Assembly (NCBI GenBank): GCA_013265495.1
Contig: MU062951.1
Span: 992,001 to 1,056,000, forward strand
From: Vicugna vicugna
Lineage: Eukaryota
Direction of reading: 5' to 3'
DNA: 64,000 bases
Within the stretch, counting starts at the first letter, position 1; each line of letters begins with the position of its first letter. Made by a program: the position numbers and the translations under genes. The notes under the pieces are model-generated. The model did no database searches. It saw nothing but the letters and a program-made list of their open reading frames with translations, and had not been told where the DNA came from. Below are positions 1 to 14,200 of this stretch, piece by piece.

Positions 1-1806
<1,806 letters not shown>

Positions 1807-2268
1807 GGCGGCGGCGGCAGCGACGGGGGTACCGGATCGGGGGCCATACGCCCGCCCGGCCGGCCGCACGGGGCGGGGCGCCGGGGGCGGGGTCGGCCGG
1901 GCCCTCCCCTTTGTCTCGCCCGCTCGGCGCGCGCAGGCGCGCTGGCCCCTCCTGGCCCCGCCCCGCCCCGCGCCGCGCGTCACACGGCAAGTGCCGGCCG
2001 GTTGGCCCCGCCCCGGCCCGACGAGGCCACTGGAGCCGCGGCGGAGGGGGGCGAGCAGGTGCGGCGCCGTGCCCGGCCGCTTGCTCCCGCTCCTCTGGGA
2101 AAGAGTGGGCCCCGTGGTGGCCTCGCCTCGGCTTCTGTCATCACACCCGTGGGGAGCGTCGCGCGGAGGGCTCCGGCGGCGAGGCGGGGCGTGCGCGCGA
2201 GCCGCCTCCCCCGCGGCCCGGCGCGTGGTAGACCCCGCCGCTTCATTTCCCGTGCGCGGCGCGGCCGG

Positions 2269-2337
2269 CCCTCCCTTTCCTTTGCCGTCCGGCGCCGCCG
2301 AACCCTCATCTGTGCTCGCCGCGTCCTTGGCTGGCGA
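2269..2337 (+). other. EEF1D: EEF1D non-coding exon 1 with 5'-terminal oligopyrimidine (TOP) tract
   Basis: Pyrimidine run CCCTCCCTTTCCTTT (2269-2283), then ...GCGTCCTTGGCTGGCGA|GTGAGT donor at 2338. TOP tracts are typical of translation-factor mRNAs. The exact TSS is inferred. Confidence 0.75.
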
Positions 2338-5300
2338 GTGAGTACCGCGGCTCGCGCCGCCAGGCCCCAGGGCCCGGGGAAGGGGCGGTCCGCACTGCGC
2401 CGGCGATTCCGTCCTCGACTCCGGGGCGCCGGGCCGAGTGCAGCGCCGGCGGGGAGCGCAGAGGGGCGGGGCCCGCGGGCCACGTGCTGGCTGGACCCCT
2501 GCGGCGGCCTCGGCGGGAGGGCGGCGGCGACACTGCGCCGGCCGCGCTGGCCGGCGCCTCGGTGGGTGACAGGAACGCCTGCCTACCTGTGGCCCGGGCC
2601 TGTAGCGCTTCCTTTGTCCGCGTTTACTGAGCACCTCCTGCACGCCGGCTCTGGGCCTCGGAGGACAGGCGCGGGCCCAACCTTCGGGAAACGTTGACAG
2701 TTCGTGAATGCAGGAAATAAGGACGTGATTGCTGAGTGACTAGAAAGAAACACACAGCGTTCTCTGAGAGTGACCGAGGGCCTTGACTTGGATAAGGTGG
2801 TCCGGGCAGGAAGCGATGTCAAACCAGTGTCTGAAGGGGAGGGTGTCGCCTTCCTGGAAAACGGGCTTTTTAAATAGAACGAAGAAGGGAAAGCCAATGG
2901 GGTGGCAGGTGTGGGGACTCGATGGAGGCAGCACCGCAGGGTTTGCAGAATCAAGGGCCACCTTGGAGCAAGAGAGTTATATGTGTAGCTAAATTTGGGG
3001 TGGTCCCTGCCTGTTGCGGGAGCACCTCTTACATTGACCCTGGCAGGTAACCCGCTAGGGAGTAGGCCTGGCCTGGGTCAGGGAAGGATGCTTGGTGTTA
3101 CCTCAGAAGCGGCCCTGACAGCCCGACTCCTCTGGGCGCCATCAGCCGGTAAGTGGGCTGGTTCAGATGTGACTCAGTTGTTCCTGAGCCCCTTGTGCCC
3201 AGCTCTGTTGGCAGCTGTTCCCTGAAAAAGCTCCTTCTTGCAGAGTGCCTGGCACACAAACTGCAAGGAGCAGGTGCTCTGCCATCTCTGCAGGGCAGTC
3301 AGCCCTGGGCCTCACGGGAGCCTGGGCAGAGTGGTGTCTTCTCGTGGTCAGTGGGGTGACTGCCCTCTGGAGGAGGCTGGTGCAGGACCAGCCTCCTTGG
3401 CTTCACTGCTGGGGAGCTGGGTGAGGCTGCAGGGTTCAGCAAAGGTGGGCAGACGTGCTTGATCAGTGTTTTTGTGAGTGGAGGTTTCTTGAAGGTGGTG
3501 TTTTAAAAAAGATCATGTTGTGAATATCTCCAACGTATTGTGCTCTGGTGTCAGCTTTTTAGGGGTCAAGCAAGAAATGCTGGCCTGAGCCCTGGCCCTG
3601 TGCTGATATTTTAAGATTACATATGTGAATTCAAAGTGGACAGCAGTGTGACATTGGCATGAAGTACAGGCACCAGTGAGACACAGATTGCCAGGTCCTC
3701 ACCTCACCTGGAGCTGCAGTTTCCCCCACTCCTGTTTCCCAGCTGTGAGGCTTGGAGACATACATGAGGCATCAGGTGTACACAGGATGGTTAATAAAGC
3801 AGGTGCAGTGTTGGAGTCGCCCACAGGGAAGGGTGTAGAGGTGCCTGGCAGTCAGGGTAGATAGACCAGGGCAGCACCAACTGAGACAAATAGAACTGAG
3901 GGCCATGGCGCTGCAGCACAGACAGCAGGGCAGGTTGGCGTTTCTGGGTGGTGCTGGACTGTCCAGGAGCCAGAGGTAGGAAAGCATCTGACTAGGAACT
4001 TGGGGCGTGGCACTGCCCCCTAAAGAGAAGCAGAGGGCGTCACTCCCACACAGTAGCCCCACTGTGTCGCTGTTCTCATCGCCTGAAACATGACCAGTGC
4101 CCACCACTGCCCTCCCGGACACCGCCCGTGGGGAAGCTCTATTGTGCAGCAGTGGTCTAGACCACAACAGCGGGGGGTGGCCCCGCTGCCTGCACTTCAC
4201 ACCCATTCTCACTTCCTGTGGAAGGTGGAGAGAGCTTTGATTCCCTAGGTGGATGATCTGGGAGTCCCTCTGTGTGTGCGACTGAGATGAGATGATGTGA
4301 GCATGGGGATACCTGGGGCAGTGTTTGGGAAATGGGAAGGTGCAGAAGGCAGAGCCAGGGGAGGGGACAACCCCCACCCCTCCCAGAAACCTTCCTCATT
4401 CACCCAGCCTCCCAGGGCCTCTGGGCTCCCTGGCACCTTGGTGGGTGTGGCTCTGCCAGTCCGTGTCCTCGCATTACTTCAAGACTTTCCAGCCAGGAGT
4501 ATCCAGGGTGGGGGCTGCTGCTAGTTTCCCTGTCTTGGCACTGCTAGAACTGCCCTTCCAGGACAGAGGCCAAGAAGGGCCCTGAGTCCCTGCACAGGCT
4601 TTGGAGAACGTGTCTGTCTTGGCACAGCCGTGGGTGCTTTCTGCACTGGGTGCTGAGCTGGGAGGGTTGCAGAGGAACTGCTGCATCGCTGCTTCCACCA
4701 CAGGTCCTTGTGGCCAGGTCGGGTGCAGTGCCTCCAGGGCTTCCCACCACCTCACTGCCCCCTCTCGTGGGAACGGTCTTAATGCACCTTATGGACCAGG
4801 GTTGGGCCTTAGTGGCGGGCAGCATGCGCTTTTGCCCGGCCAGTGAGTGGGAGGGACCCCTGAGGCTAGTTGCCCGGCGTCTGGGAGCTCTCCTCCCGGG
4901 GCTCCGCTCTGTTCTGGCTGGGGGAAGTGCGGCAGAGCAGAGCCCGCTGTCCTGTAGGCACACGGCATCCTGACTGGAGGGCTCTAGACTGGGGTGTGTG
5001 TCCTCGAGAGGAGGTGTTCAGACTCAGACTTGCTTTTCTCCAGGAAGAGATGGGCCTCATGGAACCTGGAGGCACTCAGGGACAGGGAGTGGAGGTGGGC
5101 TTTTGCATCTGATGCTAGGGCGCTGTGTCACCTGTCCTGGGAGACACAGCAGCAAGGCAGGGGACTCTGAGAGCTGCCTGTCCCCCTACCCTTGGAGTCT
5201 TTCTGGGTGCTCTTGGCTTCACGCCAGGAGGCACTCCACTGTGTGTGGCTAGCCTCCAGGTGATGCTCTCCTGCGGTGTCTGGAGAGCCCTCCTTCAGCC

Positions 5301-6258
5301 AGTGCTTGGCCACATCCTCCCCCTGGGAACCTCATCACCTGAGAAGCCCCGGCGGTGGGTGTCTGCAAGGAGCCTACCAGGACCTCCTGTGCACTTCCAC
5401 CTGCTGATGTCCTGTGTTCACCCTGCTCCCGCAGGGCACATTGTATATCCCTGTCCAGTGGTGGCTGATGCAGGCGCTCCAGCGCTGGCTGCAGTGTGGG
5501 GTAGACAGGGGAGGGCAGGGGTGTGGGTGGCAGGGCTCCTATGGGAGGAGGGAGACAGATCCTCAGGTCTCTAGTCGCTGGGCAGCTGGGGGCCCCTGGG
5601 ACAGAGCGGGACAGATCCGCTGCCTATGTGTGTGGTTTCCTCAGCTCCTGGGCTGCTGCCTCTTACGGATTCGGGTGGGGCACCTAATGTCTCCCCACCT
5701 GTCCTTTTATGCACACCAGGAAGGCATTGTGTCCCTGAGAGTGCTTTGGTGGGAACCTGCGGGGACAGTGGCACCCTGCCCACCTAGCCTCTCACCCTGC
5801 CCCAGCGGTGGCCCTGCTGAAGGAAAAGGCACTGGGGCTTGGTGGCTGCTGAGACCTTCAACAAGGTCATCTTGGGCCTGGTCCAGCGGTCTGGACCCAG
5901 TGGCTGTGCAGAGAGGGGGATCCCCTCCACAGCCACGGCTCCAGGTGGACAGTGGGGACGCCTAGTGCTGGCTCCCCTCTCCCAGGTTGGCTCAGCTTGG
6001 TGGGGAGCGGTGGGAAGGGCACTCAGATGGTGCCCCCCAGGATCTGCCCATTTCACATGACGATGGAGCAGTGCTGCCCTGAGCAGTGGACCCAGCCGCC
6101 TCCTGGGATTTCGGTGGTGGGTCTCGCCCTGTGTCTCCTCCCTCACCCTCGCCTCCACGCTACCTCACCAAGCAACGTCTGAAAAGGCCCTCCAGCCTGC
6201 TCAGGCCTCCCTGTCTGACTGCCTCTAACCTTGCTGCTTTCTCTTCATGCTGTCCTAG

Positions 6259-6273
6259 GAGATCAAAGTGAAA
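6259..6273 (+). other. EEF1D: Candidate 15-nt 5'UTR microexon of EEF1D (GAGATCAAAGTGAAA)
   Basis: CTAAC branch point, polypyrimidine tract and CCTAG acceptor (AG 6257-6258), followed 15 nt later by a perfect AAA|GTAAGT donor at 6274. Confidence 0.7.
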
Positions 6274-7724
6274 GTAAGTACCCTGCTGCGTTCCCTTCAC
6301 CTGAGCCCAGAGACCCCCAGACCGGTCCTCAACCTGCCTGATGTCCTCACACACCTGTGGGGCCAGGCTGCAGGCCTCGGTTTCCTTGTCTGGAGCAGAG
6401 TCCAGTCCTGTCGGTGTGGGCTTGGCTTTCCTGGGCTGAGCCAGTTCCTGCCTGTGAGTCGGGTGGGCCTCCCCTGAGCACCGTCTGTAGGCAGGGCTTG
6501 GAGCTGCAGCCCTGCCAGCCCCTGGTCCCAGACCCTGTCCCTGGCTCATGGGCATCTTGAGCTGTGGCCCTCAGAGCTCTGAGCAGAGCCTAGTCTGATG
6601 TCAGGAGCAAGGACAATGTTTAAGTCAGTAGATTTATGTGGGACTCTGGCGCTGGAGGCTCAGCCTGGTGGGCAGGGCTGAAGGGGCTGGACCAGCCCAG
6701 ACCTGCCCTGGTGAGGGGTCAGCCAGGAGCTTGCTGTCAGAGGGCAGTGGGTGATGTCACAATGCCCCCCTTCCTGGGCACACTTACCACCTCCCACCAC
6801 TGCCTCTGCCGTCAGCCTGGCCTTGGTAAGTGCTGCCTCCAGCCTAAGGAGGAAGGCTCACGCCCCCGGGCCCACATTAGAGCAGGGCCTCTCCCTCAGC
6901 AGGAACCTCTCTGAGCCTGGGGCCTCAGTCCCTGCCATAAGAGGCCTGCGGCATGTGCTGTTAGAGGGGTCCCCAGCGTGCCCCTTCAGAGCACGAGGGG
7001 GGATCTCCCTGAAGTCCAGGGCAGGGGTGGGACTTAGCCCCCATGTCCCACAGAGTAATAGGAGATGGGTTTTCCTTTTGTTAGGGGGTGTTAGGAAGGG
7101 GGTGTAGACCCTGGACTGAGTGGTGGGAAGAGTTTGCCATCTGGGGTGAAGGTAGCGTGAGGCAGAGTCAGGGCCTCTGGGGCAGCAGATGACACAGGTC
7201 CCTCTAAGCTGAGCCTTGTCCACCCGCCCCAGTAGCCGGTGGGGTGCAAAGCCCCACACCCTTCTCCCACTGTCCCAGTGACAGAGCCCTTACACCAGAA
7301 GTGCTGATGAGAGGAGGGTACTTGGAGTGCCGAGGACAGTACTTGGAGGTTCCCACATGGCCCCTTTTAGTTCGGGTGCACCCACAGATGTGAGCTGATT
7401 GCCTCCTGATCAGGGAGCAGCTGCCACTGACCAGGGAAACTGGTCCTCACTCCCTGCCTGACCTCCTCTCCTTTGAGATGGTCACTTCCTGGTGTCTCTC
7501 CTGATGTGACCTCGTGGGGTTGGGCACTACACCCTCTGCTCCCAGCTGCCCACTGGGAGATTGCCCCTCATCTCAGACCCTCACAGCTCCTCTCGGGATA
7601 TGCCCTGCTCAGGATGGCGGGGTGGCCGTGCGGGTGTGGGGGACTCAGGCCCGGGCACCGTGAGGGGCCATCTTCCAAGACCACCAAGTGCATGTCTATA
7701 AAACAGAAACCCCAGTGCCTCTGG

Positions 7725-7899
7725 GAGGTGGCCAGACTTAGCAAAAACACAGGACGTCCAGTTAAAATTTCAGATGAACAGCAAATAACGTTTCAGTATA
7801 AGATTCTCAGATGTCTCACGGGATATATTCATTCTAAAAGTCATTTGCCATTGATGTGAGAATCAAGTGAGTGCGTCCTGTATTTTATCTGGCTGCCCT
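7725..7899. mobile_element. MER53-like non-autonomous hAT DNA transposon (palindromic MITE)
   Basis: Ends GAGGTGGCCAGACTTAGCAAAAACACAGGACGTCCAGTTAA... and ...GCGTCCTGTATTTTATCTGGCTGCCCT form degenerate terminal inverted repeats matching the MER53 consensus as I recall it. Confidence 0.75.
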
Positions 7900-8274
7900 C
7901 CTTGGAGGTTCATAGGAAAGGTTTCTGTAGCCAAAGATATTTGGGAAGTGTTCCCCAGATCCCTCTGGAGAGCCTGGGTGCCCTGCCCGTTGGATCAGAA
8001 AAGACAAGCTTTGGAGTTGGGAGGATGCATGCAAACACGGCACACACAGCACACACATGTGTATGTGTGTGTCTGTCAGTCGCTTCACAGGGTTGCCTGT
8101 GCACTCCACTCCGGGTCTTTGCCTGTTGCCTCACAGAACCCCCAGGCACCTCCGTAGCGGGCGTCCCCCGCAGCCCCGCCAGTCAGGCTGAGCAGGGGGG
8201 TGGGGGCGCCGTCTGCAGACGGCCCGTGGTGTTGCAACTGCCTTCTCCTGCTTGCTTTTTAACGCTGCGTGAAG

Positions 8275-11200
8275 ATGAGGAGCGGGAAGGCCTCCTGCGC
8301 CCTGGAGACCGTCTGGGAGGACAAGCAGAAGTATGAGGAAGCCGAGGGGCCCTTCCACGAGCATGAGGCTGCGCGAGCCGCCGCCCCCGCCACCGCCCAG
8401 CAGCTCCTGGCCGCAGCCCCGGCTGTGAACGGGCCAGGTGGGGAGGATGTGGAGGAGGCAGACGCCCCCGACGGCAGCAGGAGCGACCGCGGGAAGAGCC
8501 CCAACGGGAAGAAGCCCCTGCAGAAGAAGAGGAAGCGCTCCCCAAGGGGCTGGCTCAGCCAGGCGGACCTGGCCCTCGTGGGCCTCTCAGCTGACCACGT
8601 CTGGCTGGACAAGCCGCTTTTTGACCAGGCGGAGAGTTCCTACCACCAGAGGCTGGCAGACGTGGCTGCCCAGGCCCCCTGGGGTCCCTGCACTCATGGA
8701 AGCCAGGTTGCCTGCCACCACGTGACCTTGGGCATCTGGGTCAACAAGTCTTCCTTTGACCAGGCAGAGCGGGCGTTCGTGGAATGGTCTCAGGCATTGC
8801 TGCTGGCTGTAGAGGGGGGCGGCCGGCAGGCAGCTCCCGACACAGGCCAGCAGGCAGCCGCCCCGGACCTGCACCTCATCCGCCAGCCCAGCCCACCGGC
8901 CAACAGCCAGCCCCCACTGGGCAGCCTGCAGGCGCTCGTGCAGGGGGTGTGGCTCGAGAAGCCACGGTACGACGCAGCCGAGAGGGGCTTCTACGAGGCC
9001 ATGTTTGACGGCCACCCTCCTGGGAAGGTGCGCCTGCAGGAGCGGGCCGGCCAGGCTGAGGGCGCCAGGCGGGGCCGCAGAGACCGGCGGGGCCGCAGCG
9101 CAGTGGGAGGCAAGCGGCTGGGGCAGCGACGGGCCAGCGGGGAGGCCCCCTCTGCTCTGCCCTACTGGCACCTCCTGCACAAGGATGCCGAGGCCCCCTG
9201 GCTCAGCAAGCCCGCCTACGACAGTGCCGAGTGCCGCCACCATGCTGCCGAGGCCCTGCGCACGGCCTGGCGCCTTGAAGCCGCATCCCTGGCCCGCCAG
9301 CCCAGCGCCCGGTCTGGCCCTTCCGTGTCCAGCCTGAGATCCAAGTAGGAGAAACGTGTTGGGTGGATGCCTAGGCTTCTGGGCTGGGGCCAGCATGGTC
9401 CCCTTCCTACCTCCACCCCGGCGGGCCTCTTCCTGATTGCTGGACCCCACTGAGTTGGATGCTGGGGCGGGTTGGGCAGGGTAGCTCTCTCCTCCTGGGG
9501 CATTGCGGTCTCCAGGATCACCCTTGGGGGTCGCTGAGTTCTGGTCACCCCCACCGAGTTTTGGAGGGAAGGGCTGAGTTTGTCCTGGGCAGGGTTTCCC
9601 CTTTGGCCTGGCAACTATGGGCCTGGCAGAGGGAGCAGTGAAGCCTTGCCCGAGCCCCACTGGGGCCTGCCTGGGAATTCTGTCTACCCTGTGACCACCT
9701 CTGAGGGGAGGTGGGCATCTCGGGTGCAGCAGCACATGAGTCTGGAGGACACCACTGACGAGGCCAACTGGCCTTCAGCCTGTGTGCTCAGGGGTCTTGG
9801 AGGAGGGGGGAGGGGTGGGCAAGGCCAGCGTCTGGCCGTGGAAGGGGCCCCTTGGCCAGCGGGGCTCGGGGGAGGCCTGGATTGGAGGCGCAGCAGTGGG
9901 GGGAGGGGCTGCAGTGCAGGCGGGGTCAGCAGGGAGTTAGGCCTCCCTGGGCCTGAGTCCCAGCAGAAGCCGCTTTGCTGCTCAGTGGGGGTGGATGTGC
10001 TGCTTTGGGAGGATCCAGGCCCTGTGTGAGGGGCCAGGACATGGGGGTTGGGGTGTTCCCTGTTGGGAGTATGGGGGCAGACCATGGAACTAAAGCTGGA
10101 TTCATGGTGGCGCCTCACGGGGGCGGGGCACAGAGGGGAGCTCTGGGGCCCGACTCTCCTCTTGTCACCAAGGGGCACTTGGCGAGGTCCGGTGATGGCC
10201 TGGGGTCCTCGGCACAGAGAGCTGGTGGGATTGGGTCCCTTTCTGTCACGCTCAGTGAGGGACAGGACAGTCCTGTGGCATCAGGGTTGTCGTGGAGGGC
10301 CAGAGGGAGAAGAGGGTGGACCCCGTGCTCGGGTCTGGGGCAGCTCCCCTGTCTTGCTGCGACGTGCCAGTGCTCCAGTTTGCCAAAACGGATGGTGGCT
10401 GCGCCCGCCTCTCGGGCCAGAGTTCGCCAGCTGTTCTCAGACTCGCTGGTCTCAGGATGCCAGAGCTTTCTACCATGGACTTCTACCACGTTGGTGATAA
10501 AACACAGGAGGTTGTTTGTTGGAAAATAATAAGGTCGTTATTTGTTAACATATTTCTGCAGAAATGGTTTCCTTGTAACAAAAAGATTTAGGAAATAGGG
10601 AGCCTTGTTTTACATTTTTGCAAATTTCTTGTGTCTGGCTTAATAGAAGGCAGCTGGATCCCTGCACCTGCTTGTGCATTCAGTCTGCTGGTGTACGTTG
10701 TCTGATCAACAAATTCAGCCTTGAACAAATGTGTGATTGGAAAAGGGAGGACCTTGGGAACCCCTGGAGGTTCGTGGCTGTAGTTTGAGAGCTGCTGGCC
10801 TTGGGGATAGGCCCGGGGACCATGGGCCTTAGAACGGAAGGAAGTCCACGGCGGGGGGCAGGGGTAGGGGCTTATGGGCTCACTGTGGTCTGTGCCAGGA
10901 ACCGCTGGTGCTCTGCTCGGGGCCTGGAGCCCTCGTCACCCAAGGATGGGACGGCCTGCCTGGCACCCTTGAGGTCTGGGCTGTCAGAAGGGGTGCTTGT
11001 GCAGGCCCGCCCTGGGGCCTGCAAGGAAGCACCCTCTCCCAGCCAGGCTGTCTTAGTCTCTCCTCCCCTTCCCGACAGGAAAATGGCCACAAACTTCCTT
11101 GTGCACGAGAAGATCTGGTTCGACAAGTTCAAGTACGACGATGCAGAAAGGAGGTTCTACGAGCAGATGAACGGGCCCGTGGCCGGCTCCTCCCGCCAGG

Positions 11201-14200
11201 TAGGGACTCTGCGCAGCCACTGCCGGCGGGCCGGAGGAGGGCGGCCTGGCTGGCTCCTGGGGAGCTGGAGCTGCCCTCGTTTCGGCGCAGGGCGCTCCCA
11301 GGGGCCCACAGGACCCGGCCTGGCCGGGCCTGCAGAGCGCGCGCCTCGGGCCCTGTCTCTGCGGCCCAGGACTCTGTTCTTGTCTGTCCTCCGGCCCCTT
11401 GAGCGCATCCTGTGCAGCACTTCGCTGCTCTCCTCACATGAGTGGTTTTTTTTTTAAATTTAAAAAAGAGAAAAAAGAGACTGGTGTTTTTCTGCACTGT
11501 CTGCAGGAGAACGGCGCCAGTGTGATCCTCCGTGACATTGCGAGAGCCAGAGAAAACATCCAGAAGTCCCTCGCCGGGGTGCGTACCGCAGGCCGCCGCC
11601 CCCCCTCCCCGCGTCCCTGCTCCTCCCCCGCACTGCTGACTACTTTGGCCTCTTGGAGCAGTTAGCGTAGGGTGTGCAGGGCTGTGTTTCCACACCGCCA
11701 GAGAAGATGTTCTTCCTCTTGTGTCCTTGCTGAGCTGGCTGGCAGTCACCTGGGATGCCCCACCTTGCCTTGGCCACTCCTGTGGGGCCAGTGTGGGCCC
11801 CCTCATCCTGCAGGGTGCACCCCAAGGCACAGGCCCGGAGACCTCTTGCTTCGGGCTTGCTCTCCCGGCTCAGGAACGCAGGAGAGGGTGGCACATGCCA
11901 TGGTTCATCCCTCCCCAGAGAGATGGGCTCACGGGGCAAGTTGAGTTCTGTTCACGGAGTTGGCACTATCTTGAATCTGAGGCCCAGATCGGGGCCCTCG
12001 GGCCCAGCTCAGCCTCCAGGTCCCACGTGAGATCAGGAAAGGAAGACAGGATCGTGTCTGGCTCTGCCCCCAGACGGGCTGGGGAGTGTGTCCCTAGGAG
12101 GTGACAGGCCTGCTCCACCTTCTTGCCAGAGGAATCAGGACCTCGTTCTCCCCTGGGACACAGGGTGGCACCGTGGCCTCCAGGGCGAAGTGTCAGCAGA
12201 GCTGTACTCTGTCTGCAGGCTCTCGGAGAGTCCACCAGTCCACCTCCTTGCCTTTTCCAGCTCTGAGAAGTTGCCCCCATTCCTTGGCCCATGGCTTCTG
12301 ACGTCAGTTTCTGTCACATTTCTGGCTCTTATGTGGACCTTTGTGATGACCCTGGTCTCCCCGGTGGACACCGGGTGATCTCCCTACGCCCAGAGCCTCA
12401 GCTTCATCACATCTGCAAAGTCCCTTTTGCCACGAGGTCACCTTTTTACAGGGTTCGGGGATTGGTATGGGACCAGGTTTTAGAACCTTCTGCTGGCCAC
12501 AGCTGGTTCAGGAGGTCCTGGCTGTAGGTTGGGCAGACCTGGGTGAGTGTCCCCCAGGAAGTGGTGCCACCACGGTCTGCCCAGCAGACCGTGCTCTGTG
12601 CTTGCCTCCTGCCTTGTCTTCCGTCCAGCAGCCCCAAGTCCCACCTGCCACCCTCTGCTTGCTCAACACAGTTCAGGCCAGGCAGACGAGGGATCAAGGT
12701 GGCACAAGGTCTTTGCACTCAGGCCAGGTGCATCAGGCTCCTGTGCCCAGGAGGCCAGTGCTGGGGGCTCAGCAACTCTGGGGGCTGTGGCCCTGGAGCT
12801 TCCTGGGCTGCGGACCTCTTCCCCCACCGGGCCTTGGGGCCTTGGCCACTGGGGTCAGTGGCAGGGTCTTGGTCTTTGGGGGAAGCACGTGGGTGCTTGC
12901 TTGGGCCCGGGGGCAGGTCTGCTTGGGCTGATGTGTGAAGCCCCGCGGACCAGGTGGCAGGAGGAACAGACACTTACCTTCTCGTGATGTGGAGGCTCAG
13001 CGTCCGAGATGAAGGTGTGCGGGGGTTGGTTCCTCCCAAGGCCTCTCTCCTTGGCGTGTAGAAGGCTGTTTTCCTCCTGTGTCTCTGTCACATCTGTGTC
13101 CACATTTTTTCTTATGACGGCACCAGTTACGGGATTAGGACCACTTGACGACTTATCGTGATTAATTATTGTTTCCGAGTAAGCCCCCACCCTGAGGCCC
13201 TAGTGGTGGGGCCCCCAAGTGAACTTCAGGGGAGCATCATTCAGGTGCCGAGGAACCCAGGAGGGATGCTGCGGCCCAGCGCCGTGCTTGGACTTGGGTG
13301 GGGTGGGGCTCAGCACCTGCCGTCTCTGGAGGTTCCCGCAAACTGCGAGGTGACAGGCAGAGGGCTAGAGGCAGGAATGGAGGGTCCTGGATTCAGAACC
13401 TTAGTGTGGGTCTGCCCTTGAGGCTGCCAGGTGGCTGCCTATTGTATCATGGTCTGCGACTGGACTGGGTGGCCTGGGCCCGCCTCACTGAGCTCCCTGA
13501 CTTTCTGCCCCGCGTAGGGCTGGGCAGGGTGGCCCTCAGGCATAGACGCCATGCAGGGACTATGGGCTTGTGGGCTGGGCAGCGGTGACCCAGTGGCCCC
13601 CAGTCCGGTCTCTGCCCCGCCACTTCCTCTTGGCCTTGCAGCAAGTGGGGCCTTGCCCGGAGCCTGCATCCTCAACCGTCGGTTCCCATTCAGTGTTGTC
13701 ACCAGGGCTGTGTTGGGAGGTCCCGGGGCTGGGCCGACATGCCAGGCAGCAGGCTCCAGCCTGCTGCCAGACCCGGTGCATTTGCTTGGCAGGTGAGCCT
13801 GCTGAGAGGGGTCTGGGCCGGAGCGTGCAGGCTGGTGGAGCAGTGGGAAGGGTGGTCAGGGCCTTGCAGGAAACAGGTGGTTCTGGATTTCATCGCTGTG
13901 CGGTGGGGCTGCTGGAGGCTTTTGGTGGGAGTGGTATTGGGAGCTGAGTGCTGTGGGAAGCAGGCTGGAGAGGCTGGGTGCTCTGTGGCAGCGGCGAGGG
14001 CGGTCAACTGGCAGGTGGGTGCTGTTGGCATTTGCTAACCAGAGTAGGAGGTTGTGGGGACAGGTTGGGGATGGACATGTCGGTTGATCTGAAAGGAGGG
14101 GAATGGAGTGAGCAGAGCCCACCCCGGTCCTAGGGCCTGGTCAGCACTGCTTCCCCAGCAGCACGGCGCCACTTGGCCAGCTCTCACGAGACTTCGATGC

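Noticed and set aside
7290-7420. Possible C/D snoRNA (CTGATGA...CTGA) in an EEF1D intron
   Set aside because: Imperfect C box, no terminal stem and no recognisable antisense element.
8587-9735. 382-aa minus-strand ORF
   Set aside because: Antisense to the EEF1D long exon; explained by GC-rich codon usage.
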